Source of the DNA: Seison nebaliae
Lineage: Eukaryota
Length of the DNA stretch: 54,104 nt
Reading direction: 5' to 3'
NCBI GenBank assembly: GCA_023231475.1
Contig: JALJEE010002719.1
Coordinates: forward strand, 1 to 54,104
Position numbers and translations under genes: made by a program. Of the stretch, positions 1 through 11,731 are shown piece after piece (position 1 is the first letter of the stretch; each line of letters starts with the position of its first letter). The notes below the pieces were generated by a model. It was not told the origin of the DNA. It ran no database searches and saw nothing but the letters and a program-made list of their open reading frames with translations.

Positions 1-345
1 CATGCACTCACGAACTTAAATTCAATTTGTATGGATGTTATTTTTGAATATGGTTTAGGTGGTACAGGAATTACTCAAGTAAAGCATTGTGGTTGTACAT
101 TTGAATCGAATGCAAATCGATATCGGGCTCATATTGGCCGATTAATATCTAATAATTTTCCTGCTCGTCAAGATTTCAGATCTTGCGACCAAAGCAGAGA
201 AGCAACAGATGGAGCTCAATTCGATGTCACTTCACCCAGAGGTTTTTGGGGAACATGCCACTCACCTTATTTTGTTAAGCTTTTCTCAAAATTTTATACT
301 TCAACTTTAGAAATATATGTGGATCTACCATCAATCATGAATTAG
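1..345 (+). CDS. 3' part of a divergent fibrinogen-related-domain (FReD-like) protein, paralogue 1 (5' end outside window)
   Basis: Open frame from the window edge to TAG at 343-345. ESNANRYRAHIG and FDVTSPRGFWGTCH align with QSNRESYRIQF and FTVSEGVGFWGNCF of the paralogues at 7628 and 10770. Confidence 0.55.
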   Translation, partial: HALTNLNSICMDVIFEYGLGGTGITQVKHCGCTFESNANRYRAHIGRLISNNFPARQDFRSCDQSREATDGAQFDVTSPRGFWGTCHSPYFVKLFSKFYTSTLEIYVDLPSIMN

Positions 346-476
346 TATTATTAATACTAATAATTAATATTATTTTTCACCCATTTTTCGACTCTTAATA
401 TAATTGGACTATCTACCGAATATCTATAAATTTATTTTGAATAAGGATTGAAAGAAAATATTTGAAAAAAACTTCT

Positions 477-550
477 TGGCCAATGTGGGGATCGAACCCA
501 CGACATTCGCGTTATTAGCACGACGCTCTAACCAACTGAGCTAATCGGCC
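477..550 (-). tRNA. tRNA-Ile(AAT)
   Basis: Reverse complement GGCCGATTAGCTCAGTTGGTTAGAGCGTCGTGCTAATAACGCGAATGTCGTGGGTTCGATCCCCACATTGGCCA folds as a cloverleaf with AAT anticodon, A and B boxes, and a downstream T-run. Confidence 0.97.
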
Positions 551-657
551 GACGTAAGACTTTTAGTTTAATCATATTTTATTTACTTCAGTTGTGAGAA
601 GTTTTGGAGAGAAACTTTTAAGAATAAACTTTATTTCCTTTATATATCATTATATTT

Positions 658-788
658 GGGCAATTCAATATTGTTTGAGCGATCTCCTTCGTTACGGTCA
701 GTGATAAGAGATCTCTACCTTTCGTGAGACGTCTCTCTCAATCGTTGTGATGTTGGAAACGTGCATAGACCACTGCGCTACGAAGACC
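658..788. repeat. Dispersed ~130 bp structured repeat, copy A
   Basis: Colinear with 11732-11873 (shared TTACGGTCAGTGATAAGAGATC, CTACCTTTCGTGAGAC, TCAATCGTTGTGATGTTG). Ends in a degenerate CGTGC.TAGACCACTGC.CTACG hairpin. Confidence 0.85.
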
Positions 789-1458
789 ACGAAGACTTTT
801 CATTCGAACGAAAGCTGTTATCATCAGGAATGTACTGGCAAATATCATTGTTGACATGATGACAAAATTTGTTCTTCCGAAGAACTTCTTCGATGATGTT
901 CTTGAAATTTCTTCTAACTTCGATATTACTTCTCATATTCCAGAGTATTTAAGAGATAAAACCGACGCTGGAAGAAAACTTATCCATGATAACATGTACA
1001 GTGATCTATCTCATTTTCTTTTTAATTTACTCGGACGGGATTTGATTTAATAATAAATAAATAACAACAAATCTTGTCTGAACTACTTATGGTAAATCAC
1101 TAACTTATAAGTTAAGATACAAATTTTTTAGTTTTGAAGTAATTTTTAAAATATAAGTAGAAATTAAGTTTTAGAAATTAAATGAACATTCCTAAATTTA
1201 GTATATAAAATATTTAAATAAATACCTAATTTACGTTAATTTCTTTTTAAGTTAATATTTATTGTTAGAATAAAGCAAGTTGAATGATCAATTAAATTTA
1301 AGGACGATGAAATTATTGATGAACTTTCAAGCTTTATAAATTGATTTTGTTTGAAGATTTGGTTTCCATTCAGTAGAAGAAATGATCTTATTTTACTATT
1401 TCATTCTAAAGCTTCATGAAAATTAAAAAACTTCTCAGAAATTTGATATCATCGTAAA

Positions 1459-2329
1459 ATGAGTGAAAAGAACATAAATTTCTTTATAACTCCTGATGAA
1501 TATGACGATGAATTTCGATTGAGGTTCAGTATGGAAAATGTGGATCTTTCATTTGCCAATGCATTAAGACGAATAATGATTTCCGAAGTGCCAGTGATGG
1601 CGTTCGATTGGGTGAAGATTGAGAGGAATTCGACCGTTATGTTCGACGAATTTATTTCTCATCGTATCGGATTAGTTCCATTATATTGTGATGATGTTAT
1701 TGATGATTACATTAATCCGAAAGAATGTATATGTGAAGATTTCTGTTCCAAATGTAGTGTGAAATATTTGTTAGATGTGACAGGTCGTTCCAACGACCGA
1801 ACTTTAGTAACAACGAATGATTTCATCGCTGATCCAACTGGTACATCGGTGAAACCGTTAACTGGTCAATTGATTAATATTATTAAGAAGATCTCTCCCA
1901 GTGATGTCAGTAAATCTGAAAATGATATTGTCATTATGAAATTAGCGAAAGGACAACAACTCAAATTCTCTTGTTATGCAGTTCGGGGCGTAGGGAAAGA
2001 ACATGCCAAATTCAATGCGACAGCAGCTGTCGAATTCGAATATGATCCAGATAACGAATTACGACATACGACATTCGAGAAACCTGAAGATTGGCCAGCA
2101 TCAAAATACTCTTCAAAATTATCTCAATATTTAGGTTAGAAATGATGAAGAAAAAAAAATAAATTTCATTCATTTTCCTTTTATAGAGGAGGCTCCATAT
2201 AATCCGTTTAAGAAACCGAACAAATTCTTTTTTACAGTCGAATCAACAGGAGCTTTATTGCCCGGATCTATTTTGAAAAGTTCATTGAAAGTTCTCTTAC
2301 ACAAACTCGAATCATTGAAGTCTTTGTAA
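1459..2329 (+). CDS. POLR2C: RNA polymerase II subunit RPB3; 2 exons, intron 2135-2186
   Basis: Motifs ANALRRIMISEVP, DEFISHRIGLVPL, Zn site CICEDFCSKCSV, GKEHAKF and EYDPDNELRHT. After the GTTAGA..TAG intron the frame continues EEAPYNPFKKPNKFFFTVESTGAL. Confidence 0.96.
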
Positions 2330-2611
2330 GAGATTGCTTATTATTTTTTCAATCAAAAAGAAAATTGTTTTAAAGTTTTCAATTGTTTCTACTATAACAA
2401 TACTAAATTTCCTAAGGAATGATTCTGTAAAAAAAAAGAGGGAAATTCACGTCGAAATATTTTCTTATTCGAAATGAGAAAAGAAGAAATCTCATTTGGA
2501 TTTGAAATAAACTTTTTATTTTTTCTAATAAATTTTCTTTGATTTTTTTTTGTTAAAAATTTCCATTTCAAAACTAAAATTTTTTTCTTTTGTACATCAC
2601 AAAAGAAGAAA

Positions 2612-3775
2612 ATGGCTGAAAGCTTATTTGATGAATCGATGAGCTTAGAGAATATTAGCATCATTTCGGATGGACCGGATTCCGATTACAGTTCATATGG
2701 AAGAGAATTGAGAATTCGACACACGTCCTCATCAAATCAGAATGATAATCATATGATTGACAATGATTTACTGAATGACAATAACAATAATAACTTTAAT
2801 TTTCTTAGGAATAATTCACGTGGAATGGACATCATTTTTTATGTAGCTACAGCGATTACTTTGCAGTTTAGCATCCTTTTACTTTATTGTTCATTTTGGA
2901 TGATCTATTCGACTGAATCGATAGTTGTCGTTTTCTTATCGACATTAGATGAAGATTTTGGAAATATTCGTTTTACAGGTGCTGCAAGACTAGTACTCTT
3001 TTTAGGTAGTCTATTATTCTTCTTTGCCGTTTCGGGACTATGTTTAATTCAACAGAGGAATTACTGTCTCTTCTTCCAAGATGTCAAAGGAGCCGTGTCT
3101 CGAACTTATTTCTTTAAAATAATTTTTTCTCTTCTCGGAGTAGCTGTGTTCATTCTCGAAATAGTCTTGATGGCAATGTTAATAGAGAATCGTAGTTTAA
3201 CTCAATCTTTCCTTATGAAATATTTGGATAAACAAAAATATAATAGAGAGAAGAAGTTCTTTGAACCGAACGACCAGAATAATATCAATCGTTTTATAAG
3301 AGATAACGTTTCTAGTTCACAATTTCATGTCATTGAAAATACTTTCGGTTGTTGCGGTTTAAATGGAGTTGAGGATTATTATTCAAAGGAACTATCTACA
3401 ATCAGTCTACCACGAACTTGTTTGAATGTAGTGAAGAATATGGGCGGCAATTTCAATACTCTCACTTTCGACGATTATCAATTAATCAATTCATCTGTCG
3501 TCTCTGAACCCATAAACGATCAATCATCTTTCATTAACTTCATTAATCGGAGAGCAGGTAAAATACAAACAATGTGCGATAATAATATTCGAGAAGTGGA
3601 ATCTATACAACAAACGGTCCCCAACATTCCAATTGGTTGTCGACATATTTTACCTGAATATTTCCGAACAAGATTCACTTCTATGTTATCTATGAATATC
3701 TCCGCCGTTCTCATTACCATCTCCTATATCATCATAAGTTTCATGTTTTTAGTTACATCGAAAAAGTTAATTTAA
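2612..3775 (+). CDS. Tetraspanin-family protein with enlarged extracellular loop, intronless
   Basis: Three hydrophobic helices, then a large loop with GCCGLNGVEDY, PRTC and a terminal GC, then a fourth TM helix. Confidence 0.8.
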   Translation: MAESLFDESMSLENISIISDGPDSDYSSYGRELRIRHTSSSNQNDNHMIDNDLLNDNNNNNFNFLRNNSRGMDIIFYVATAITLQFSILLLYCSFWMIYSTESIVVVFLSTLDEDFGNIRFTGAARLVLFLGSLLFFFAVSGLCLIQQRNYCLFFQDVKGAVSRTYFFKIIFSLLGVAVFILEIVLMAMLIENRSLTQSFLMKYLDKQKYNREKKFFEPNDQNNINRFIRDNVSSSQFHVIENTFGCCGLNGVEDYYSKELSTISLPRTCLNVVKNMGGNFNTLTFDDYQLINSSVVSEPINDQSSFINFINRRAGKIQTMCDNNIREVESIQQTVPNIPIGCRHILPEYFRTRFTSMLSMNISAVLITISYIIISFMFLVTSKKLI

Positions 3776-4206
3776 GTAATTCAATACGATTGTCTTATGA
3801 AAGAAATATTCATGTTCAATAAACAGATTCTCTTCTTATAATTTTCTTCTCGCATCATCTCATACTAATTTATCGCAATCAAATAATTTATGTACACAAA
3901 TCCACATCTATCGTCTTATGCATTACAAAGTAATTTTAAAGTTTTTTTCGATTGTTTTTGGGTTTTTTTTTGCATAATGGAATTTTAATTTCATAATTCA
4001 TTATAACAAATTCGAGTCATGATGATAATATTGGAGAATGGAGACAATTGTAGCTTAATCTTGATAGATAAATTTATCATCTTTAATATAGTCTAAAAAG
4101 TATTGTCGAGTAAAATGAAATTTAAATTTTAAGCTGATTTCGGAAAATCGAAAACTTGTCGAAATAAATCAATTATTCTAAAACGGTAACTTGTTTGATT
4201 CACGTA

Positions 4207-4674
4207 ATGGCATTGTCTCACAGAAATGTTAAACATTTCCCTACTTTTATTAAACTTTCATTAATTTTTTCAGTTACGATTAGCACCAGAAGTGAATAGA
4301 ATTCTTTTTGTTAAGAATCTTCCCTATAAACTATCGGAAGAAGATTTGTACAGTATATTTGGTCGATTTGGAGGAATTCGACAAATTCGAATGTTGGTGA
4401 GTTCTATTAAAGTTTTAACTAATTTTCTGTTCGATTTAGTGGAATTACGCAGGGAACTATGGGAACTGCTTATGTAGTTTACAATGATATTTATGATGCG
4501 AAGAATGCATGTGAGAAATTGTCTGGTTTCAGTGTTGGTAATCGTTATCTGGTCGTCGCATATTATCAACCGCAGAAGACACAGAGGCGAATCGATCTGA
4601 AAAGGAAAGAAATGGACATGGAGAAGATTCGGAAAACATATTACACTGGAAACGCTAGTCAAGACAAAACTTGA
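4207..4674 (+). CDS. SF3B6: Splicing factor 3B subunit 6 (p14); introns 4228-4273 and 4393-4439
   Basis: Spliced product [26 protein letters not shown]...[51 protein letters not shown] matches the SF3B14 RRM. Confidence 0.96.
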
Positions 4675-4818
4675 GAATTTCTTTCTAATAAATTTCTTCC
4701 CATCTCATTCATTCTATTTCATTTGTTAAATAAATTTCTTTATTTGTTAGGTAGAATAAAGTTTATGTGTTTCAATATAATGCAATTTAATAATTTGTCA
4801 TTCTTCGTCATTTATGTG

Positions 4819-4900
4819 GACGAGGTGGCCGAGTGGTTAAGGCGTTGGACTGCTAATCCAATGGGCTCTGCCCGCGTGGGTTCGAATCCCATCCTCGTCG
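4819..4900 (+). tRNA. tRNA-Ser(GCT)
   Basis: GACGAGGTGGCCGAGTGGTTAAGGCGTTGGACTGCTAATCCAATGGGCTCTGCCCGCGTGGGTTCGAATCCCATCCTCGTCG; GCT anticodon, long variable arm, T-run terminator downstream. Confidence 0.97.
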
Positions 4901-5063
4901 AAAAAATTTTTTTCAATAAACTTTCCCAAAATATCTTCGTCGTGTGGAATTCAAATCAACTAACGAAGATAGCGTTTAATTACCACGTTTAATCAGATAA
5001 ATTACCTCTAAATCTCGGTTTGATAGAGTTTGGATTTAAAATTAAACTATGAAAAAAGAATTA

Positions 5064-5910
5064 CTTCAGTATTTGCATAATCGATAGAAATTCGTACACG
5101 ATGTCAATGGACCAAATCAGGATTAAAAACAATTTACGGTTGATCCGGAAATGCAAAAATACCACTTTTGAAAAATGCTCAATAATTACGTCACTTTTTA
5201 ATTTTTTTTTGTAATTTTTTATTTTTTAAATAAATTGACCATGCTTTACAACTATAGATATAATTACTGGAAAGCACACAGCAGCATACTGGAAAGAGAA
5301 AAAGAAAAATTTTATCGAAAATTCCCTCTTAATGCACGCAATTAATTTAAATTAATTAACTAATACTAAAGTGGAGCTATTGAATGATTTATTTTTTTTT
5401 TTATTTTATTTTATTTTATATATGCACTCTAATAAAAAATACCTGATTAGACAGAAGTTACGACCTGTTTTGTAAAACTCCAAAATATCCGATTACTTTA
5501 AGTTTTTACTCTAGATATAATATGTTGAAATATGACGCCATTTTGTGAAAAATGTAGAAATTTTACCATTTTTTCAAGAAAAATTGAGAAAAAACTAAAA
5601 AATGCTCGTTACATTTTCCTTGATAAAATCATGAATATTGATCCAAACTGTTTAATTTTTTGAATATAGGTTAACAATTAATAATGAATTTTTTCTAAAT
5701 AATTACTCCAAGAATCTGTGCACCTTTAAGTGCGCTCAAATACGTGCATTTTTTGCGCTATAGTATTGCTTCAGTATTTCCAAAATCGTTGAAAATTTAC
5801 ACATGGGGGTTTTCGATGGTGACGATTTCAAAAAATCAAACCACGATTTAAAATAGTTTACGGTTGATCCGGAAATGCAAAAACACAAGTTGTAGAAAAT
5901 GCTCAATTGT
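5064..5910. repeat. Pair of degenerate direct repeats (~5064-5185 and ~5769-5910), probably a non-autonomous transposon relic
   Basis: Both copies contain CTTCAGTATTT, TTTACGGTTGATCCGGAAATGCAAAAA and AAAATGCTCAAT in the same order. Confidence 0.7.
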
Positions 5911-7627
5911 ATCGAGCCTTGTATGTATAGGACTCTTATCATGTCTGGATTTTTTTTTCCATAATGTATGGAGGACTCGAGTCTTATCACTTTGGACTCA
6001 CGGATCATAATCACAGCACTACATGCCACCATATTTTTCAAAGTTTTTCGAGCGTATGGAAGATATAATTGATCGAAAAGTTTTAATTTTTACTTCAATT
6101 TTCTTTGTAATAACCTCCTCGTTGCTTTTAGCACGACGAATTAATTTTAAAAATATTATTTGCAATTGGAGAACCAACGTTATCAAACGAAGAAATCCAG
6201 GTTAGGAACATTTATATCTTTTGATTTATCTTCGGAATTATATTAATTATTCTTAGATCTATGAGAAATTGAATGGGGAATTTAGTACCCAAAAACAACC
6301 CCATTTCAAATCCGTTACTTATACAATTAACTTTATCACTTAACTTCTTTTGGATCCATTTAATTATACGAACGGTAACGAAGAAAAACGATTTAGAGTC
6401 ATTTTAGAACTAAACTTCTCAAACGAACCTACAATCGACGTATTATAATGACGATCCACTGTTTCCAATCGTGCAATAGTTTTCTTCTTTTCAGTGGTAA
6501 AAATTGTGAATTACTTAACACTTTAGATTCCCATATATTGGCTTTTCTCTCATCATCGATTCCTAATTCAATTATCAATAATCTAATGAGTTGAAAGTGT
6601 TTTCAAGTGAAAGAAAACAATTTTTTGTTATTTTTTTATTATCGTTCAGAACGATTCGTTCTTTTCTATATTGAATATATTAAATAATCTATAGAACGAT
6701 AATGAAATCTAATATAAAAAATACTGACAGTATTTTCTTATCGACAATTTTTTAGTCAATGATTTATATTAAATTAAAAAACCCTGAAGTTAATCAACTT
6801 GTTAATTGTCTTGTTTCCATTCTTGGTTGTAAAATCAATACTCAGCGTAAGTTGTCCTTCGTCGTTTTTGGAAACCGTTAAATTTCAGGAATTGATTGGA
6901 AACTATTTATTCCAATGTCTATTCAAAACAGAAATGTTTAAAAATACTTTTTCTTTATCTGATCACTTTATTTCTTCGTAGTTTATGTATAAAGAACAAA
7001 CTATAGCTAACTAAAAAGGCAGTGAATTTCGGTATTAACAATGGTGTAGTTTAATTTTAGCCATATGTATAAGTAGTATTTCAGCTTACCATACTAGTAT
7101 TTGTTAGCCATAAAAGCTAACAGAATATAAAAAAATATTTTAAAAATGATTTTTCTTCACGTAATGCTAACATTACGGATTTCTTCTTGAATCTTAGTAG
7201 AAGGTTTTGAACGAACGGGCGTTAAAGGATTCAGATATATTCCAAATATTTAATTGAAGTTCTTCGGAAATCCTCATTTATTAACTTAATATAGGGAAAG
7301 TATATAATTAAATAAATTTCCAGGTTTTTACTATATTCTTATAGTTCACATTGGTTCCTTTAGAACTATGCTTGCATCTTTTGAACAGTTTATTTCTTCC
7401 ATTATGCTTCTGCCGGCGTTACCTCTGATATCAAATTTTGATATTACTTCCTATATTCCTGACGCACCCAAAGAATATATTGCGACGAGTAGGAATCTTC
7501 TTTTAAATTGATTCTTTTCATTTATACGTATGATTGAAATATTTAAAATTTTTCTTCTATAAATTTATCTTTATAATTTCTTTAAAACTTCTAGTTGTTG
7601 ATTATATCTATTGATAATAATTGGCAA

Positions 7628-8448
7628 ATGAATCTGAGTATTATCGGAATTATTCTATTATTAAACCGAATGAAATCAATGAAGAGCTACACTTTCTGGA
7701 AATTAAGTAGTGCGGCAATTCACTACGACGATGAACAACTATTGAAATATTTTATAAAATGTTCGTTCTGTGAATTATGTACGGGAGTGGCGGTTAGCAT
7801 TTACCAATCTTCAACGAAATATGCACTTCTTGATGACAAATATGAAGATAAGCTAATCAATATTTCAGTTGTGTTCCAAAAAATTCGTTAGTGTTATATT
7901 AAAATTGTCTATATAACATTGAACTAACAGCAACTGGCTTACGGAAGAAAGTGGTTAGAGCGACAAATGTTTTAAACTCAAATGTGAAATTTACTCTTGG
8001 TTTTATTCAATTAAGTGACATTTCTCCTCAACTAACTGAAATTGATTATAGAAATGGATGGGCATATTTTCATTCCTTTTACCATGGTAATGATCTATTA
8101 TATTTTTTAACGAAATTAGTTCCCTCGCTAAAATTGATAGTGAGCATCCAGGTCATGGTAATGAGATCTTATGAACTAATGAATTATTATGCGTCTGCTC
8201 GAATAATTTCTTTACAATCAAATCGTGAATCATATAGAATTCAATTTAACGGTACAACGAGTACTACAACATTCCCTCTTGGTAATTCTTTAATAGAATG
8301 TCACATGGACGAACATCGAATTCCGGCGAATGGTCAACCATTCACAGTAAGTGAAGGTGTTGGTTTTTGGGGGAACTGTTTCACTGTTCTCGGGAAAGTC
8401 CCTATGGATTTTAAAGTTCTAAATTTGAGATTTGATTTAACTGTCTAA
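7628..8448 (+). CDS. Secreted divergent fibrinogen-related-domain protein, paralogue 2; intron 7887-7930
   Basis: Hydrophobic N-terminus. VVFQK, DYRNGW...YHGNDLLYFLT, SNRESYRIQF, GNSL, ANGQPFT and GFWGNC follow the FReD motif order (VIQRR, DYKxGFG..WLGNExIHxLT, YRL, GDSL, HNGxxFST, GWWxxxC). Confidence 0.65.
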
Positions 8449-9130
8449 ATGGATGTGTTTTAAAACCAAAAATTAATATGCTTCAATATTTCCCATTTTT
8501 CTATTCAATATAAAAATTATTTCGTTCTATTTTTGTTCTGCTTCACGTTCTATTTCTTTGTTTATCATTTTCCCAAAAATTTTATGTTATAGATTATAAG
8601 ATTATCTTCCAAAAAACAATTCTATGCGACATAGAATCGATTAAAATAGTATTTATACCCAAACTTAAATTTAACATTTTTTAATATTTCTTACATTAAT
8701 GGACTCTTAATTAATATGTAGTGATATATCCGCCATGTAAATAAGAAATGGGACTGAACACATGAAAAGCGACAAAATATGCATTTTGATTAAAATTCAC
8801 TTGAAGACACTTTTCCAAAACAATAAAAAAAATATAAGAAAACGTCACATTTAAAAGTATCGTTGAAACGAAAATTTAAAAAAAAAGTAAAGAAATAATG
8901 TACAAATTTGCAAAACTTATTATACTATATCATGAAATAAAATGATTTGGTCATAAAACAAGTCCAAGATAGAGTCATAAAAGATATGGTTATAATCATA
9001 TGATTGGACTGGTAGCTGGTATTTTCCTCGCCCTACATAAAATTTGTTGAAAATTTTTTTTTTTTTTTTTTTTATTTATAAAATCAAATCCCCCCGGGGC
9101 AAATTAAAAAAAAATTAGCTGTAAAATTTA

Positions 9131-9251
9131 GGGCGTGCGTAGAGCAGTAGTCTACGCACGTTCCACGCATATTAGAGAAATAACGTACCCTGCAGCTCGA
9201 TAGAGTCATACTGGGGCGTGCGTAACACAGTGGTTTATGCACGTTCCCAAC
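9131..9251. repeat. Two tandem copies (9131-9164, 9213-9251) of a GC-rich hairpin motif, inverted relative to the copies at ~752-788 and ~11834-11873
   Basis: CGTGCGTAGA-GCAGTAG-TCTACGCACG is a perfect 10-bp stem; the second copy is GGGGCGTGCGTAACACAGTGGTTTATGCACGTTCCCAAC. Confidence 0.85.
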
Positions 9252-10289
9252 TTCTAATACATACAATTCTACTAATCTAATACAAATGACAATTGTCATT
9301 TCATAAATTATACTGAACTTCTAATAGTTATGACTAAAATATCAGATTAAACAGTGAATTTTTATCAGAAATTATCAATTTAGATAGATTCCGTCAGGAA
9401 AAAGAAAAGGACAGTGAATTCCTCTATAAAGTGAATTACCGTGTTAGATTCAAAAAATGGTCACGTTTTTTCTTCCTAGTTTATTTATAAAAGTTAGCAG
9501 AATAAACTATTTGAAAAATGCATTTGGTGATGTTTAGGCAATGGTTGTGAAGCAACATTATGAATTTCTTGTTGAGTATTAGCAGAAGGTTTCGAACGAA
9601 CAGAAGGTGATTACGAAGGGTACTCTTTTGAGAGAAAGTTCGGAAATATGTTCCTAGAATCATTACGAAGTTAACGGAAATTAGATATATTTCAAATATC
9701 TAATTCAGATTCTTCGAGAAAATTAAAAGTTTGAAAATTGTTTTTCTACTTCATATTTTCTAGCTTATTAGAATTTCGAACGAACAACAAATACCATGAA
9801 GTTAAGGGAGATTTAATAGGTAATTCATTCTCAAATTCATCTCATTTGATAATTAAATATTCTCCGCTTGATCAGAATTATTTTAATAATTTATAAAAAA
9901 AAATATTAATATTAATATAAAATAAAGTTAATAAATTTTGTTGTCAACCATGTTCTCAATTTTTGTCATGAAATCGATACTGGGTGAACAATTATTTCGC
10001 AGACCTGAAGACTTCAAACATTTCTCTAGAATAAGTATCAATTCCACTATCATTATGATCTATATTCAAAATTGGGAAATTTTCCGTGTCCAATTTGAGA
10101 GCGAGTATATGGTATGTAAAGTTAATTCTCGGGCATTCGATTTTCCAACATAATCGAAGTTGGACAATTCGGTGTTATAACATTTTCAAAAATTCGGTGA
10201 TAAATTGATGCTCGACAATTATGAACAGAAAATAAAAAATGCAATATTTCATTTCATAAAATCAAATAAATACTTATGTCACTACATGT

Positions 10290-10480
10290 ATCGATTCCGC
10301 ATTAAATTAGAACATATTTCAGATTCAAGACCACTGGATTTTAATGGCATCCCACAATTGATCTTCTGTTTTAAAGTATTTGATTCCATGGTAACGTCTT
10401 TTCCAGAAAATTCCCGATCGATTCTTAGTTGGATTTAGGACTGGGGACTTATGGTGGATGGTCCAATAACGTAATATTCT
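10290..10480 (-). mobile_element. Tc1/mariner-superfamily transposase remnant (C-terminal fragment)
   Basis: Minus strand, with a frameshift, reads LLDHPP/KSPVLNPTKNRSGIFWKRRYHGIKYFKTEDQLWDAIKIQWS*I. This resembles the Tc1 motif WPxxSPDLNPIENLWxxLKRR...LxxAIxxxWxxI. Confidence 0.75.
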
Positions 10481-10769
10481 CTTTTTCTAACTCTTCAATA
10501 GAGTACCGATTCGAATTAAAGATTTCTTATAGCTCACTTTCTTAGCATCAGTTTCTGGAACATATTCCATATGCCTAATATATATATATATTATACAGAT
10601 ATTAATATATACATATGCAAAATTTGAAGTACATAATTAAGTAGATTTCCAGTTTTTTCCAATATTTTTCTAATTTATATTTTGTAATTTATATTTTCTG
10701 ATATCTTATTAGAATTCGCTGAAATTTTTTTCATTAGATATTTATAGAATTGACGATAATAATTGCAAA

Positions 10770-11590
10770 ATGAATTTCAGAATTATAGGAATTATTATGT
10801 TATTAAATCGAATGATATTGACGGAGCGGTACACTTTCTTGAAAATCAGCGATGCGGCAATTACCTTCCACGATGAACGACTATTGAAATATTTTATAAA
10901 ATGTTCTTTTTGTGAATTTTGTACTGGAGTGAGTATTATCAATTACCAATCAACAACGAAATATACACTTCTTGATGAAAAATATGAAGATAAGTTGAAC
11001 AATATATCAATTGTATTCCAAAGACCTAGTTAGTGTTATATTATAATTAAGTATATAAAGATGAATTAATAGCAAAGGATCTACAGTGGAAAGTGGATAA
11101 AACAAGAAAGATTTTAGAATCACATGAGGAATTTGTTCTTGGTTTTATCGAATATGATGATGTTACTCCCAATCTAACTGAAAATGATTATAGAAAAGGC
11201 TTTGTAAACTTTGAATCACATTATCATGGTAATGAACTGTTATACTTTTTAACAAAAATTTTTCCGTCACTAAGATTGACGGTGGAAATCGCAGGAAAGA
11301 TACGTAGAGCTGTTATAACGAAGTATGTGTCCGCTAAGATACTTTCTTTAAAATCAAACCGCGAATCATATAGAATTCAATTTGACAGTGAAACGAGTTA
11401 TACACAACTCCCTCGTGGTAGTTCTTTAATGAAATGTAACTTTGACGAAGATCGAATTGCGGCGAATGGTCAACCCTTCACAGTAACTGAAGGTGTTGGT
11501 TTTTGGGGGAACTGCTTCACTTTCAGCTATCCCGGAAGTAGTGTAACGACAATCACTATTCAATATTTTTCTTTGGTATTGAGAATGTAA
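10770..11590 (+). CDS. Secreted divergent fibrinogen-related-domain protein, paralogue 3; intron 11029-11072
   Basis: Colinear with 7628-8448: same length and intron position, and shared LLKYFIKCSFCExCTGV, YHGNxLLYFLTK, SNRESYRIQF and ANGQPFTVxEGVGFWGNCFT. Confidence 0.7.
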
Positions 11591-11731
11591 ATGGACTAAT
11601 ATGCTTCAATACCAAAAATCAGAAAGGTCCAATGTTTACAAAAACTAAAAAATTTCGAAGTCTACATATGTACTCCATTCACATTTAACAGATTCACAAT
11701 TTCGTATTTCTTTTTTTTGAAATCCCAATCT

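Noticed and set aside
658..788. Hammerhead ribozyme, SECIS or snRNA identity for the structured repeat
   Set aside because: No CUGANGA/GAAA core, SECIS quartet, Sm site or U1/U6 motif was found on either strand.
856..1050. 64 aa ORF
   Set aside because: Its SNFDITSHIP segment recurs in degenerate form near 7430-7460, suggesting a repeat relic rather than a gene.
6023..6560. Small membrane-protein ORF with a GTTAGG..TAG intron-like segment (6201-6256)
   Set aside because: The spliced frame stops after two codons and no homology is recognisable; it cannot be supported as a gene.
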